Source: Xylographa opegraphella
Taxonomy: Eukaryota
Length of the DNA stretch: 64,000 nucleotides
Direction: 5' to 3'
Assembly (NCBI GenBank): GCA_022813865.1
Contig: JALDZX010000028.1
Location: 1 to 64,000 of the forward strand
Part shown: piece by piece, positions 50,365-62,501 of the stretch
Layout of the letters: each line of letters begins with the position of its first letter
Position numbering within the stretch: position 1 is the first letter of the stretch
Made by a program: the position numbers and the translations under genes
Notes under the pieces: model-generated
Seen by the model: only the letters and a program-made list of their open reading frames with translations
What the model was told of the DNA's origin: nothing
Databases searched by the model: none

Positions 50365-52075
50365 TGTCGGTTTACACTGAAAGCCGAAGTAAGAGGCACA
50401 TTTCGGTACCTGCTCGTTGAAATTCTTGATTCGTTGAACGTCAATCCACGTGTGGGCGGAAAGAGAGTGCGGGCTCTCCCAGAGCCGCCTACTCGATTCC
50501 GATCCCGAAAGTCCCTAGGTGACAAAAGTCTGCGCCGACCTCACTAGGGTGAGCGCTGCTTTATTCTCGCGCGACGCGGGTGACTTGTCGCGCGAGCATG
50601 TGCTGCCCCTGGGTAATCCTTGCTCAGGCGCAGGCTCCGTGTAAAAGCGGCGGCAGTGAGGAAGACATTTTAATTATCAACGTCGCTCCGTCACAGTTAT
50701 TTCTCTCGTCTTCTTCACCACTCTCATCTCCTTCTTTGGTTCTTTCTCTACTTGTTTACTTTTGCCTACGGGTCTGTCCTCCCTCCAACTGCAATTCCCT
50801 GGCCCTGGGAAAGGCCTGGCTCGCTCGTTTAGTTGTCAATTCCTCTTTTGGAGTCCTTGTTATCCAAGCTCGAATCTAGACCTTCATTAAGACTGTGTCA
50901 AAGGCTGCGACGATCTTGAACTCCTACAAGCCGTCTTACTCAAACCCTTCTCTCTAACCAGGTGTATTTCCCACTCAACCCATTGAATCATCTTCGACTC
51001 TAACCCTCCTTACTCTCAAATCATCTGACCTTCCAGATTCTTGTCCTATCGCTCAACGTTTCCTGGTTTGTTGCAGCTGGCCTTCCCACATTCGCTGCAG
51101 CAGCGTTGCAGTCTGTTTCGGCTTGTGTATACCAGCTGTCGATCATGATATAGCCACAATAGAGGTGCCAGCGAAATGGATTTTGCCCTTTTGCTGAGCA
51201 CTTATTAGCTGCGCCAGTTGCAGCCACAGGTTTCGAGCTTACAAATGGGATGGTCTGCGGTAATAACGCTGGATCAGGTACAATTGGTAAAGCAGTAGTA
51301 ACGAATAATAAATGTATAAAGATTCGTACCACGAGGGCGCCACCAAAAGTTTTACAAGGCGTTTAGTAAGGCGGGATTGTTTGAGGATCCAGCTGGCTTA
51401 GCTTGAAGTTTTTAGCCGCAGTAGGGAAATAAAAGCGAAGGAAAGCAAAATGCATCTTATCTTGCATGCTCATGCATGAACGGAAAGATATCACACGCCA
51501 GTGACGCCACATTTCAGTTTCGTGACAGTTCTCAGCCAGCCTCAACATGTTCGCTGTTGGGCGCAACCAATGAGTATGTCACAGCCAGTTCGGTACCGGC
51601 CAGATGCGGCCTTTGCCAATTCACGATGTTTCCCAGAGCAACCTATAGGTGTGGTCAAGAAGATTCGACCACCGCTCGATAAACGCCAGCTTGCTCATCA
51701 CGATGTAAACGCAGGGGGGTCTGACGAGTCAAAGACTATTCAAAGCGAAAGGTTCTCAATAGTAAAAGGGTGAAGAAATCATGACGAACCTCCTGTCAAT
51801 ACTCGCTATCGAGACCTACTAGAGCACGTATTGGGGAGTTGATCACGTGTGGAATTATAAGCAGTAGGTATATATGGGATGAAAGGAATCGTCGGTTGCA
51901 GTCATCGTACCTTTTCCTGAACCTCCATTCCATGCTGACCTGTATCACTTGACATATCACAACCAGTTGCCAGTCTGTACCCAGAACTTATCTATTACGA
52001 AGTCCATAGTAATATATTTGAATTCAATTTGCTTCAAATCGATTCACCCCATAGCGGTGTGAAAAGTTGTTAAGA

Positions 52076-55000
52076 ATGTCTACTTCCGTGTCTAGTCTTC
52101 TTCAGTGTCTTAAGTCCGTCCCTTCAGTGAAGTCTGGGGAATATGCAAGGAAGCTCAGACTTCGTTGCCGCAAAGAGCCAGCACTCGACCGTATTAAAAA
52201 CATCATGGGTTCATCGGATTTGCAATCTGCAGACAATGATTTCGTGAATTCCTTTCCAAAAACAGATGACGATGGATCAATGAATGAACTAGCTATATGT
52301 ACACTGGGTTGCGCTTTGCTACGAATTGAAAATGATTATGGCACGCATTACAATGATATGGCTAATGCGGTTTATAACATATCAACTCAAATGTAGGTAC
52401 TTCACTAACACTCATGTAGTCGAACGTTAAGTCTGGAGCATCCAAGGCACTTTGCTCACTGCTACCGCAAATATTCGAATGGAACATTAACGCGTTAGTA
52501 CCTATACCACTGTGCAAGGAATCGTTCCTTACAAATGTGTAGAAAGCTATCGAGCCAGCAGATTCCGCTGTTGAATGCCTTGTCCAAAGACAAGCAGCTT
52601 TTCGAGGCTTTCCGCAAACAAATCACAGATGGATGTGCGTACAGGATCAAAAGAACAATGACTTCATACTGACCCCCATAGCATTGTCTCAGAGTCTAGG
52701 AACCCAGGATGCATTAGGTGGAAGCGCAAACTACAAGGCTAATATCATTTTCGTCTATGAATATCTGCGGACGGGTCAATGCCCCAAAATCATACCCGAA
52801 CTCTCGCATGCCGGCAGCGAGAATTTCATGGCAATCCTGAAACATTGGCTGGAGCAGACGGATGCTCCGTCCGAAGGCAAGACATTCTCTACTTTGATCA
52901 CTGAGCTCAGTACGGTATCCAGCAATAATCAAGATCCGTTTTCGACGCTGAGCAATCGACAAAAGTTTGCTGAAGACTTGTTGGATCTAGTGCTCTCCGT
53001 GCAGGCAGTCTATGCTCCCAACGCCCGGTTGGACGTCCCAGCCTTGGACGTTGTAAAAAATGTTATCACAAATGCCCACCCTCAATTTTCAGATTTTGCT
53101 GCCACTCATTTTGGGTTCCTTAACTTTAATTTCGTGCCTGTCGCTCATGACCTCTGGCTTGATTGGGACACCCAAGTCTTGAACCTGCGCAATGATATAC
53201 AGAATTTGCTAAACAGCCCGGAAGTCCAGACTGGGTACTTGCACAAGATCAAGACCTATGCGAAACCTGTCTATGACTTGATCTGGTACGCAAAGCACGA
53301 CGATTTGTTCAATCTTGGAAGGTTGAGCAGTGTAAAGACGGAGGACCTGCCAACCATTTTCTCCTGCTTTAAGGCAGGAACTTTGGTTTGGACAGATGCT
53401 GGTCAGTTGCCGATTGAGATGCTTGGAGAGGGCGACTCCATCTTGACTCGGGCGGAGCCGAAGCAGTATGGGGTTCGATCTGATGAAAATGTTGCAACAC
53501 CGATCCCCGAGGAGAAAGCCATTCTTATTGGAATCAACGGAGAGTCGGCCTTTTTCACGCCTGGACATGTCTTCTACACAACCACCGGCCTTCGTGCGGT
53601 TGATCCAGAGGTGGCTCGACGTGAGAACCCCTGGCTCACTGTGGGAGAGCTCAAGTTGGGGCATGTCTTGCTAAGATCCACTGACGGCGTCAATTATACC
53701 CGAGTACCAATCGAGCGGATGACGCCTAGTTTGGTCGACTGTAAATGTGTGTATGGGGTGCACCTCCGCGAAGGGTTGTGCAGCTATCATGCTAATGGGT
53801 ATCTTGTCCATTTGAATTACCCTGAAATCACTATGCGAAGCATCGCAAGTGCGCTGAAGACCTTTTCAACGGAGCAGCCGATGAGGTTTTTGCAGCAATT
53901 TGCTGAACTCCAGCCAATATTTGCTAGATTTGGTGTGGGAACTGTTGCAGATGTGCTCTCTCGGGAGCTATACGATGACCAGCGGCTACGCTTGATGCGA
54001 CCAAGGATTAGCAATGAACAGCCTCCGATGCCTTTACGGTATCAAACACGAAGCTTTGAACTTTTTCAACTCGGCGATTCTACCACGAAGGATCCAGAAG
54101 TGTTCGACATCCGCCTGCCTACCGTGGACGCTTTTGATGGGGTACTCCTCATAGATGGCAACTACTGTGAACGTGCGCATTTCACAGATCGAGGTCTCAT
54201 TTGGTCTAGACCTATAGATGATCATATGTGGGAACATGCAATGTTTATGTTTCAAAACGACTTTCAATTGTTGTCAGGTAAGGGTGTAATATGGTACGGT
54301 GAAGGGCCGACATCAGCGGAACCATCAGTCAACCTTCGACAAGTTGAAATATCGTCTGTTGCTGTCAGGTCAGCTCATGCTGCAGCCTTTACCGGCATGG
54401 AAGATTTATCTGCTGCTGCAGATGCCACTGCTGCCGGAGCAGCGGCAGCTCCAGAAGAACCTGGCGATGCTATCGAATCAATGGAGGAGTCGAAGATAGA
54501 GCTGATAACATCACCACCTTTAGCACAGATGAGCACAGGAGCAATCACGAGTTCCACCGATAGCCAAATTCATGATAAGCCCATGCTTGCGAAAGTTCCC
54601 CAACCTCGCTCCGACCAAGACACTGCGACGACCTTTCAGAGGGTCTATGCGGCAACATATGATTCTGCAGAGTACAATCCGAAGTCACATGTATCTTTGG
54701 ATCCATCACCGTTCCTAGATTTAGCTTGCTACTCTGTGGGAGGCATCAATGACATCAAAATCATTACGTTTACAATGCCTGCCCTGGATGAACTTGCGTC
54801 GAAGCGACATGATCAAGTGACTAATGGTACTGGATCGGGATCTGACCTCAAACCCTTCACTTACTATGAGACCGAAGCTTTTCTTAACGAGAAGAACAAC
54901 TTGACTGTCAAGATGACCATCCAAAATCCTCAATTATTGGCAATGGCTGCAGACCAGTATTCCGAGACGGATCCAAAAAGGATATCGTACCAATCATTGA

Positions 55001-57912
55001 CCTTCAAGAACGCCGGATCCAACCTGGAGCTGCCTTTTGTCTTTTCCCAGGGATACTTTTCATTGGATGCAACAGAAAAACGTGCTTCTGGGATGCTGCG
55101 AGACTACGATCCTACAAAGCAAGGAACTCTTGGCAAGAGACACAATTTCGACTTACAGGCTTACGGTGATCTGCCTGAAAATGTTAGAAAAGTTATTGCC
55201 ATTGGTGTTCCTGGATACTTGAAGCCCGGAATAGCACACCAACAACCCATATCTTCTCCTTTTGAAGGTCAACAACGTCAGCCACTGTCATGTGCCGAAT
55301 TGATCAATCTGCCCATAGATAGTCAGAAGGTCAAGGGCGATGCGCAGAACATGCTCTACAGGACAATGGTCTATCACATGGACGATAATGATCGCAAAAA
55401 TTTTCTGGGTATTGATAAGGAGCATATACCAGCCGTAGGAGATGATCCAGATCAACCTCAGCAAGTCCCTACGGCGATGGCCGGAGCACTTGACCAAAAG
55501 CTGAAAACTTGGTTGAGGAAGACTTACGTCCCAGCCTATGTCGCTATCAACCTTGCTCGTTTGCCAAAAGATCATCAAGATAAATTCCACATCAATTACC
55601 ACAGCAAAGACCTAAAGAAATTAGAATACTTCTGGAAAGGTCGTGGGAAGAATGCAATGGCGCAGCAAGACGAGTACAACGATCTTAACCGTATGTCCAC
55701 AAGGCTTTCACTCATGAGAAGAGTGCCTCGCTTGCAGGATTACCTGGATGACACAACCACTTTAGCTTCTGACGACGCTGTGCTGAAGAAAAATTCTGAT
55801 TGGGCAAAGTACAAGGGTGGTGAGAAATGGGCACATTTGTTCTTCTACCAGCTATCTAGAAATAGATGTCGTTAACTCGACAGCTTCCGCGACAACCGTC
55901 GCGACTTATTCGGTATGCCCCAAAACTCAATGTCTTTGTATCACCTGACATTACATAGGGAAAAAACGCATTGGAACACCATACAAACAGTAAGTTTACA
56001 ATATTATGGCCTGATCCTGACCCTGACGAGCTTCAAAGTCCTTCATACCCTGTTCCCGCAACCCAAAATCGACCCAAATAAAGAACTCAGTCTCGATGCA
56101 CGTTACACAGCGATCGTTGAAGGCAAATTGGCAACAGATGCAACAACGAGCGCGGAATATGTCGGAGACCTGCGAGAGATTCGCTCTGCTGTAACGGATA
56201 ATCTCAGAACAATAATAGAGATGGTTCTCAAAGGACAAGATGAATTCGAACCAAAACTCAAGGCGCAAATTGAAAAAGATCTCAAAGCTATCGCTGCATA
56301 TGAGCTTGGTATCTCAGAAGGGCAGATCGCAAATAGTCATCAGATTTCCGACATCGTTCTGGCAAAGTGTGCTTCCTCCATTGCTGCAAGCGCAGATGCC
56401 ATGACCAGTAACTTTAGCATGAAGTTATTAGCAAAAGCTTTTAAGCCTGGGGTGGAGCCTACGAAACTTGGAGCCTGGGCTTCCTCGCTATGTGTATTGA
56501 TGACAGTGGTGTCAACGGTGACATACGCATTACAAGCTTGGCAAAGCTGGAAGCAAATAGCAGATTGGGTGGACGTCGTCCAACTGGTATTCAACAGTCT
56601 ACAAGCGGTTACGGGCTTAGTGTACGGTATCCTTGCAGCCAAGAATATATGGCAAGATAGCAAGTTGGCTTCTGAGTCACGTCGGCTAGGTACTGCTGAG
56701 ATCGAAATGACGTTACAGCACCAATTGAGACCGCAGGTAGCTCCACCAGGAGTCGAAGCAGAAAGCGTGGAAGCATTGAACGCGCGAAATCGTCAGAACG
56801 TGGAAGCAGTGGAAGCGCTTTCCGAAAGTTCAGTCAGCTCAAACTCTAGTATGAACGTTTCTGCTTCCTCGGGCAAGCAATCATCCCTGGAATCGCTACT
56901 TGTGCACGAAGAAGAAGAAGCCGATCTTCTAGGCTGGGAGGAGAAGAAAGCAGTATCCAAGTCAAAACCAAACAAAGCAGATGCGGCTCGCGAAGAGCTT
57001 GAAGCCAAATGGAACGTGACGCAAAAATGGATTCGAGGCGTCGCCGCCATATTCGGCGCTGTGTTGCTGGTGATGGCTTGTTTCGCACTTGCCCACAATT
57101 GGAAACATCTGGATGGATGGGAGCAGGCTTTCAACGTGGTGATTCTGGTGCACCAAGCTGTTGCACTTGTCATCGACGTTGTCTTGATATTTACCTCCGT
57201 GGCCATGTGGGTGACCGTCGTACTTGCTATTGTCGGCCTTATACTCATGATTGCGTACGCCCTTTATGAAGCTTTCAAAGAACGACCTAAGACCCCCATC
57301 CAGGAATGGTATGAATCGACAGGCCGAAAGTTTGTTGATGACTTACATGACCCTCCCGAACCTCAGTTCGACTGGAAAATCAGTCCCGAGTCCGGCAGTA
57401 TCGGCTCGGACATTACAATCGTACTTACTGGTACGGCTAAAGTGACGATCAGTAATGGCCTCAACAATCTTTCCAAAATTGCCGTCAGCTTTGCAGCTGC
57501 CAAAGACAGCGACAGCGGTCTTTCCAACACCGAAGATACATTTTCCGAAAAAGAGGCTTCTGCTGCTCAGCTGAACACGAATCAAGTCTCCATTTCGGTT
57601 CCTTCAGATTTGAACGACAAATGCTCTTGGCCTCTGCTTGCTCCTGACATATTTGGCGACGTTTTCACTTGGAGATGTGTCATTAATGCCAACAAGCCGA
57701 CAATCAAGTCCGATGGTACTAAGATGAAACAACAGCTTATCGAGCTTGATAAAAATAAGGAGGTCAAATTCGAGATGCGCGGAAAGATTGCTAGGAAAGG
57801 TAGTGGGACTGCAGGTGACATCTTCAAGATCTCTGTCGTTGAGACCTATTTGGATGCGATGATGGAGTTCCTCGAGGTCATTGAGCCAGAAATCTACTTC
57901 AAGAAGATATGA
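52076..57912 (+). CDS. Large (~1860 aa) Hint-domain protein with C-terminal hydrophobic hairpins; +1 frame break near 55858
   Basis: Exons joined by phase-consistent introns at 52370-52419 (weak donor), 52494-52542, 52635-52681, 55913-55958 and 55990-56038; Hint motifs CFKAGTLV, FTPGH, SYHANGYLVHLN. Confidence 0.8.
53365..53817 (+). other. Hint (intein/Hedgehog-like) autoprocessing domain, 151 aa, no homing endonuclease
   Basis: Block A CFKAGTLVWT...PIEML.EGD; block B TPGH; block F/G VYGVHL..SYHANGYLVHLN. Confidence 0.85.
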
Positions 57913-58988
57913 ATAGGAGGGACCAGCTTTCGGGGGCGATGCACACTCTCGATTTTGGTGACTGTATTCTAGGGAAATTAATTCACAAAGTACAGGGTAT
58001 CCAGAGATCGCACGGAAAGAGAAGGAGGCACAGCAACAATTCCGTGATAAGATTCAGTCTATCACTTGCTTTACGATTTTATCAACCAATTGAAAACTGT
58101 GATCGAATACAAATTTGATCGGATGAAAAGGTCAATCATGACTTCGTGAGTCGTTTGCCAATCCAGGCTTGAGCGCCTAGAACCAAGTCCCTTTCCCCTC
58201 ATGCCTGTTTTTCGCTGTAGCACTGTTTCTACCAACGACCCGTTTCGCGGAAGAAATTTGGTAATGAAAAAATGGTACGATAAATATAACAGCGTTTGTA
58301 ATATTGGTGCGTTAGTCTAAGTAAAGAAGCCATGAGCATAGTCCTCAGGAGGACATAGTACAACAGTAGTAACTGGTAACTTCTCAAGAATCGCAGCTTA
58401 AGAACTCAAAGCGAAATGTGCAAGTTTATTTCTCTCCCACTTTTGCACACGCGTACCCGAGCGGGCCACGAACCGAAGTCTGGTAGCGATCGGCAGCGCG
58501 GCAAGTCGGTAAGCTTAGCGGCAGCGATGATTGGGTGCTAGGGAGACTTGCCAGCAATTTCGTCATTGCTCCGGGGTCACAGAAAGATCTGCCCAACTCT
58601 AATGTCGTGCTGGTTCAGTGATTGACATGATACGCAACGCGCCATCCGGAGCAAGCTCCTTCCGCCCATACCGCAGACAACTCGCTTTCTCCCCACCTTA
58701 ATCTATCAACGCAAGATACGCATACCACTGACGGGAATCAGAAAGCCGACTCTTCGTCCTTGCTCAATTTTCAGCCATCGCTGCTCACCTAACTAGAGTC
58801 TGATCTCGGTCGGGCACCAGCAATCGGCAATGAGCGAGTAGACAGACCGCGAACCGACCACTTCTGCAGCGGGCATCTTCAAATCGGGTCTGGAATGTTC
58901 ACAGCTACGTTTCACAGGAGCAATTGTTGTGGCTTGTGGACGAGCTAAGAGTACGACTGAGTGAGAAATAGCCACTGTGGTCCTCAGA

Positions 58989-61900
58989 ATGTCGGATCGC
59001 CGTAGGAGAAAGAGCTTGAGCATCTTTCGACCCTCTGTCAACAGTCTTACTCCTATCTATGATGACTCTCCAAGTAGTGCACCGGCACTTTCTCTCAAGA
59101 AGAAACTCCGGCAAAGCACAACTTTCTCGATGCCTCCAACACCGACAAGCCCACTTTCAAGCCCAGCGCTCGAACGAACGGACTCTCAAAAAAGCTTCGG
59201 CAGGTCTTCGTCTACAATCACGTTGTCGCGCCCACGCACCCTTCATAAAGTGTCACGACCATCGAGCATATTCGGTTCTTTCCGCTCACTGCACTCTCTC
59301 CAAGATGAGGACGAAAATTTGGTCAGAACCCAGTCGACTACATCATCTGTCAATGAGGATATCGCTCCTTGCTTTGATGTCCTTAACATGATTGTGCTAC
59401 ATCATGGCGAAGTCCAGAATGGTGGTGGCATGTTTCGGAAAAAGAATACATACCTTGTGCTGACGAACTCACACCTGCTACGTTTCAAGAGCCAGGCTAA
59501 GGCGGCCGAAGCTTTTCCAAGCATACCGACTTCGTCAGGGAAAACTAGTACCACGCGCCACTCGAGATTGAGTTCTGCCGGGTCCATGCATGAGGCTCCA
59601 TATCCGAATGATGGGTGTATGAGTACCCCCCTCAGTCAGGTGGTGGCTGTATATAAGCTCGATGACGGGCGACCATACTTTACTATTGAGGTCGCTCATC
59701 TCGACGAGGAAACGAATCAAGCATCGACCATGTCACTCTTGTTGAATGATCCACGGGAGTCAGACCTGTGGCTTTCGTCCATTCGTGCAGCCATTACGAA
59801 ATCCCGTTTGACAGATCCAACCCCACCAATCCGGAGGACCATTGAACATCTTGTCAGAGCAGTGGAACATGATTGTGACTATGATCCACTTCATTTCCGC
59901 GTATTCAAAGTTGTCCAACGGGCCACCAAAACCGGTGCCAGATCCTCCTCGGATGATCTAGCGAAGCTGACTTCTAACATATATTATTTGGTGATTGGAT
60001 ATCAAAAAGTTCATCTGGTGCCTTTGCCACGGCTTGCCAAGTCTGGCTCCAGCACGTCTTTGGCAGAATCGAGCGGGTGCTCCCATGGCGTCGTCTCTCT
60101 CACATCAATATTCGTGCAAAGTTTCGACGATTCTTTCCAGCTTGCTTTTCGCATTCCGCTTCAGCCATCAACGACTTTGTTTCTCGCATCATCCAGTGTC
60201 ACCGATATTGCACTATGGATTCGGCATGCAGCAGATTTCTTACGACCGACATGGCTTGAACAACCTTTCTCATGGCATGTGCCACGAGCTCTGGATGACT
60301 CCATCCTACCAGTATCGGTGTCTGATGAGGAGGACCATTTTTGCTTTGACAGAACGCTCACGGCATACTGCTCGGCATACAATGTTGATCCGTCGAACAT
60401 TAGATATACTATCAACTACTCTTGCGAAGATGCGCCACAGTTTGAACTGTTGGAACCGAATCACTCGCGACGGTCCAGGTATACAGTTCTAGAGCTTCTT
60501 TCTATCATGCGTGCATTACGCTATAACGAGTCATTCCACTCAATTTCTTTTAGCAACATCGATCTGAGCGGCTTGCATGGACTATCCGACCACTTTGGGT
60601 CGGAGCATCTTCTATGGACTACGAGATCAGGCGTTCCGTTAACACTTCCGCTTAAAGATCAGAGCTGGCTTCTTGTGCAAGAAATCCAATCCCTCGCTCT
60701 CAAAAGTAAAAGACTACGTCGGTTGAACTTCTTCCATTGCATCAAGAGGAAGCCAAGGGATGAGGATGGATTTCGAGATCCAGGTTCCGGAATCTGCGAA
60801 GCTCTTTTCCCCTTGTGTGCGCAGCAGCTGACAAATGTTGATTGGATCATACTGAACGGCGTCACGCTGGCTGAGATCGATATTGACTACCTATATGCAG
60901 CTGCAGTCGAGAAGTCGTGTCACTTCCGTGCTGTTGACTTGGGACACTGCGGCCTCGGGGACGGAAGTCTGAAGACTGTCATGGAGGCTCTGCTACACCA
61001 GGAGGAGACACTTGAGTCCGTCGATTATTCTGGGAACCCTGTGAGGCTCAACCCGGAACTTCTTGCAAAACAGCTTTGTCGGCTTCAACGTGTACGGAAA
61101 CTTGACTTGTCGAATACGCAATGCTCTGCTGGTAAACGAGGTTTGTTAGAATCGGGAACGTTGCTCAGGTGGAGGTTAGAAGAGCTTTCGCTTTCCGGAA
61201 CTACCCTCAACGAAGAAAGCGTTGATGCGCTCGCATCCTACTTTGCGGATCCGAAATCAAACACTTTACGCCGGGTTCAACTCAACCAATGTCAGCTGAG
61301 TGGAAAGGACGTAGCAAAGTTGGCCAAGGCGATGTGCGCAGGTCGTTCACAACCCCGAGAAGTTGACTTTCAAGTCAGCGAGAACAAACTCGAACTGGGT
61401 CATGATCTCCTGGTCGAAGCCTTCGAAAGCTCGACCACGCCAAGCCAAATGACAATGCAAATGCTCGAGTACACCCGAGAACAGAACTTCAGAGATCTGA
61501 TAAAGGCTTTATCCACTAATAAGAGCCTGTTATACCTTGACATATCGCGCACGTCTCTGCCTTTTGACGCGAATGAACAGACCTGCAAGGTATTACGCCA
61601 TATGCTAGAAACAAACGATACGCTGCAAGAACTCAATTTGTCGGGTGAAGAGACTCATCTGGAGGCTGTGACGCTCGGACCGGGACTCCGGCATGCTTTG
61701 AAAGGATTGGAGGAGAACAGGGCGCTCAAAATCCTGCGCATAGAGCATCAGGCCCTAGGGTTACCGGGTGCCAACGCTTTGGCATCTGTCCTCGAAAAGA
61801 ACGATACTCTGTCGGAACTCTATTGTGAGGACAATGGGATCAGTCTACAGTCCTTTACCTTACTCGTCAATGCACTGAAGAACAACAGCTCCGTGGTTCA

Positions 61901-62501
61901 TCTTCCCAACATGGACAAAGATCGTGCCTGGTCCCGCCAAAGAGTAGACCGAGAGATCGATGGCATGCGAGACAACAGCGCTTCGACGCCTGGACCGTCG
62001 ACAAAGTCCACAGTCCGAAAAGCATTCAGCGGCGCCATCCACGGCGGCCGCTCGTTCTCCGGCCGCAGCACGGAAAAGCCCGCGCCCATGCCCGGGTATA
62101 CGGAGCAAGACGTCCAGGCTGCCGTCGCCAGCCTCGATCAACGGTGGGACGCGCAGGTGCAACGGTTGCACGGCTACCTGCGGCGGAACTACTGCACCAC
62201 CCACGGCCTACCTTTGCCGGAGGAGGACGCGACCAGTCCCGCGGGCGAGAGCCGGAAAGGGTCAGCGGGTGATGGTCTGGTCGGCGCGTTGATGGCCGCG
62301 AGCTTGGACCGGACGCCGAAGATGGAGTTTGACCTGCAGCTGGGAGACGAGTATCGGGTCGGTGGCGACGTCGAAAAGGGGGGCGTTCTCAGCCGGGCCC
62401 GTGAGGTGCCGGGCGAGTACAGCGAGAAGTTGATCGACATCGGGGACGACGAGAGCGACTCGGACGGGGAGCTGATCATGGCTCGAGCCCGACCATTCTG
62501 A
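58989..62501 (+). CDS. PH-like domain plus RNI-like leucine-rich-repeat protein (CARMIL/LRRC16-like architecture)
   Basis: Single long ORF; PH-like HHGEVQ..FRKKNTYLVLT..LLRFK; LRRs such as VDLGHCGL, LDLSNT, LSLSGT, LQELNLSG, LKILRIE. Confidence 0.8.
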   Translation: MSDRRRRKSLSIFRPSVNSLTPIYDDSPSSAPALSLKKKLRQSTTFSMPPTPTSPLSSPALERTDSQKSFGRSSSTITLSRPRTLHKVSRPSSIFGSFRSLHSLQDEDENLVRTQSTTSSVNEDIAPCFDVLNMIVLHHGEVQNGGGMFRKKNTYLVLTNSHLLRFKSQAKAAEAFPSIPTSSGKTSTTRHSRLSSAGSMHEAPYPNDGCMSTPLSQVVAVYKLDDGRPYFTIEVAHLDEETNQASTMSLLLNDPRESDLWLSSIRAAITKSRLTDPTPPIRRTIEHLVRAVEHDCDYDPLHFRVFKVVQRATKTGARSSSDDLAKLTSNIYYLVIGYQKVHLVPLPRLAKSGSSTSLAESSGCSHGVVSLTSIFVQSFDDSFQLAFRIPLQPSTTLFLASSSVTDIALWIRHAADFLRPTWLEQPFSWHVPRALDDSILPVSVSDEEDHFCFDRTLTAYCSAYNVDPSNIRYTINYSCEDAPQFELLEPNHSRRSRYTVLELLSIMRALRYNESFHSISFSNIDLSGLHGLSDHFGSEHLLWTTRSGVPLTLPLKDQSWLLVQEIQSLALKSKRLRRLNFFHCIKRKPRDEDGFRDPGSGICEALFPLCAQQLTNVDWIILNGVTLAEIDIDYLYAAAVEKSCHFRAVDLGHCGLGDGSLKTVMEALLHQEETLESVDYSGNPVRLNPELLAKQLCRLQRVRKLDLSNTQCSAGKRGLLESGTLLRWRLEELSLSGTTLNEESVDALASYFADPKSNTLRRVQLNQCQLSGKDVAKLAKAMCAGRSQPREVDFQVSENKLELGHDLLVEAFESSTTPSQMTMQMLEYTREQNFRDLIKALSTNKSLLYLDISRTSLPFDANEQTCKVLRHMLETNDTLQELNLSGEETHLEAVTLGPGLRHALKGLEENRALKILRIEHQALGLPGANALASVLEKNDTLSELYCEDNGISLQSFTLLVNALKNNSSVVHLPNMDKDRAWSRQRVDREIDGMRDNSASTPGPSTKSTVRKAFSGAIHGGRSFSGRSTEKPAPMPGYTEQDVQAAVASLDQRWDAQVQRLHGYLRRNYCTTHGLPLPEEDATSPAGESRKGSAGDGLVGALMAASLDRTPKMEFDLQLGDEYRVGGDVEKGGVLSRAREVPGEYSEKLIDIGDDESDSDGELIMARARPF

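Noticed and set aside
53365..53817. Classical selfish mini-intein
   Set aside because: No C+1 Cys/Ser/Thr, no terminal HN dipeptide, and the host is not a recognisable conserved intein-target protein.
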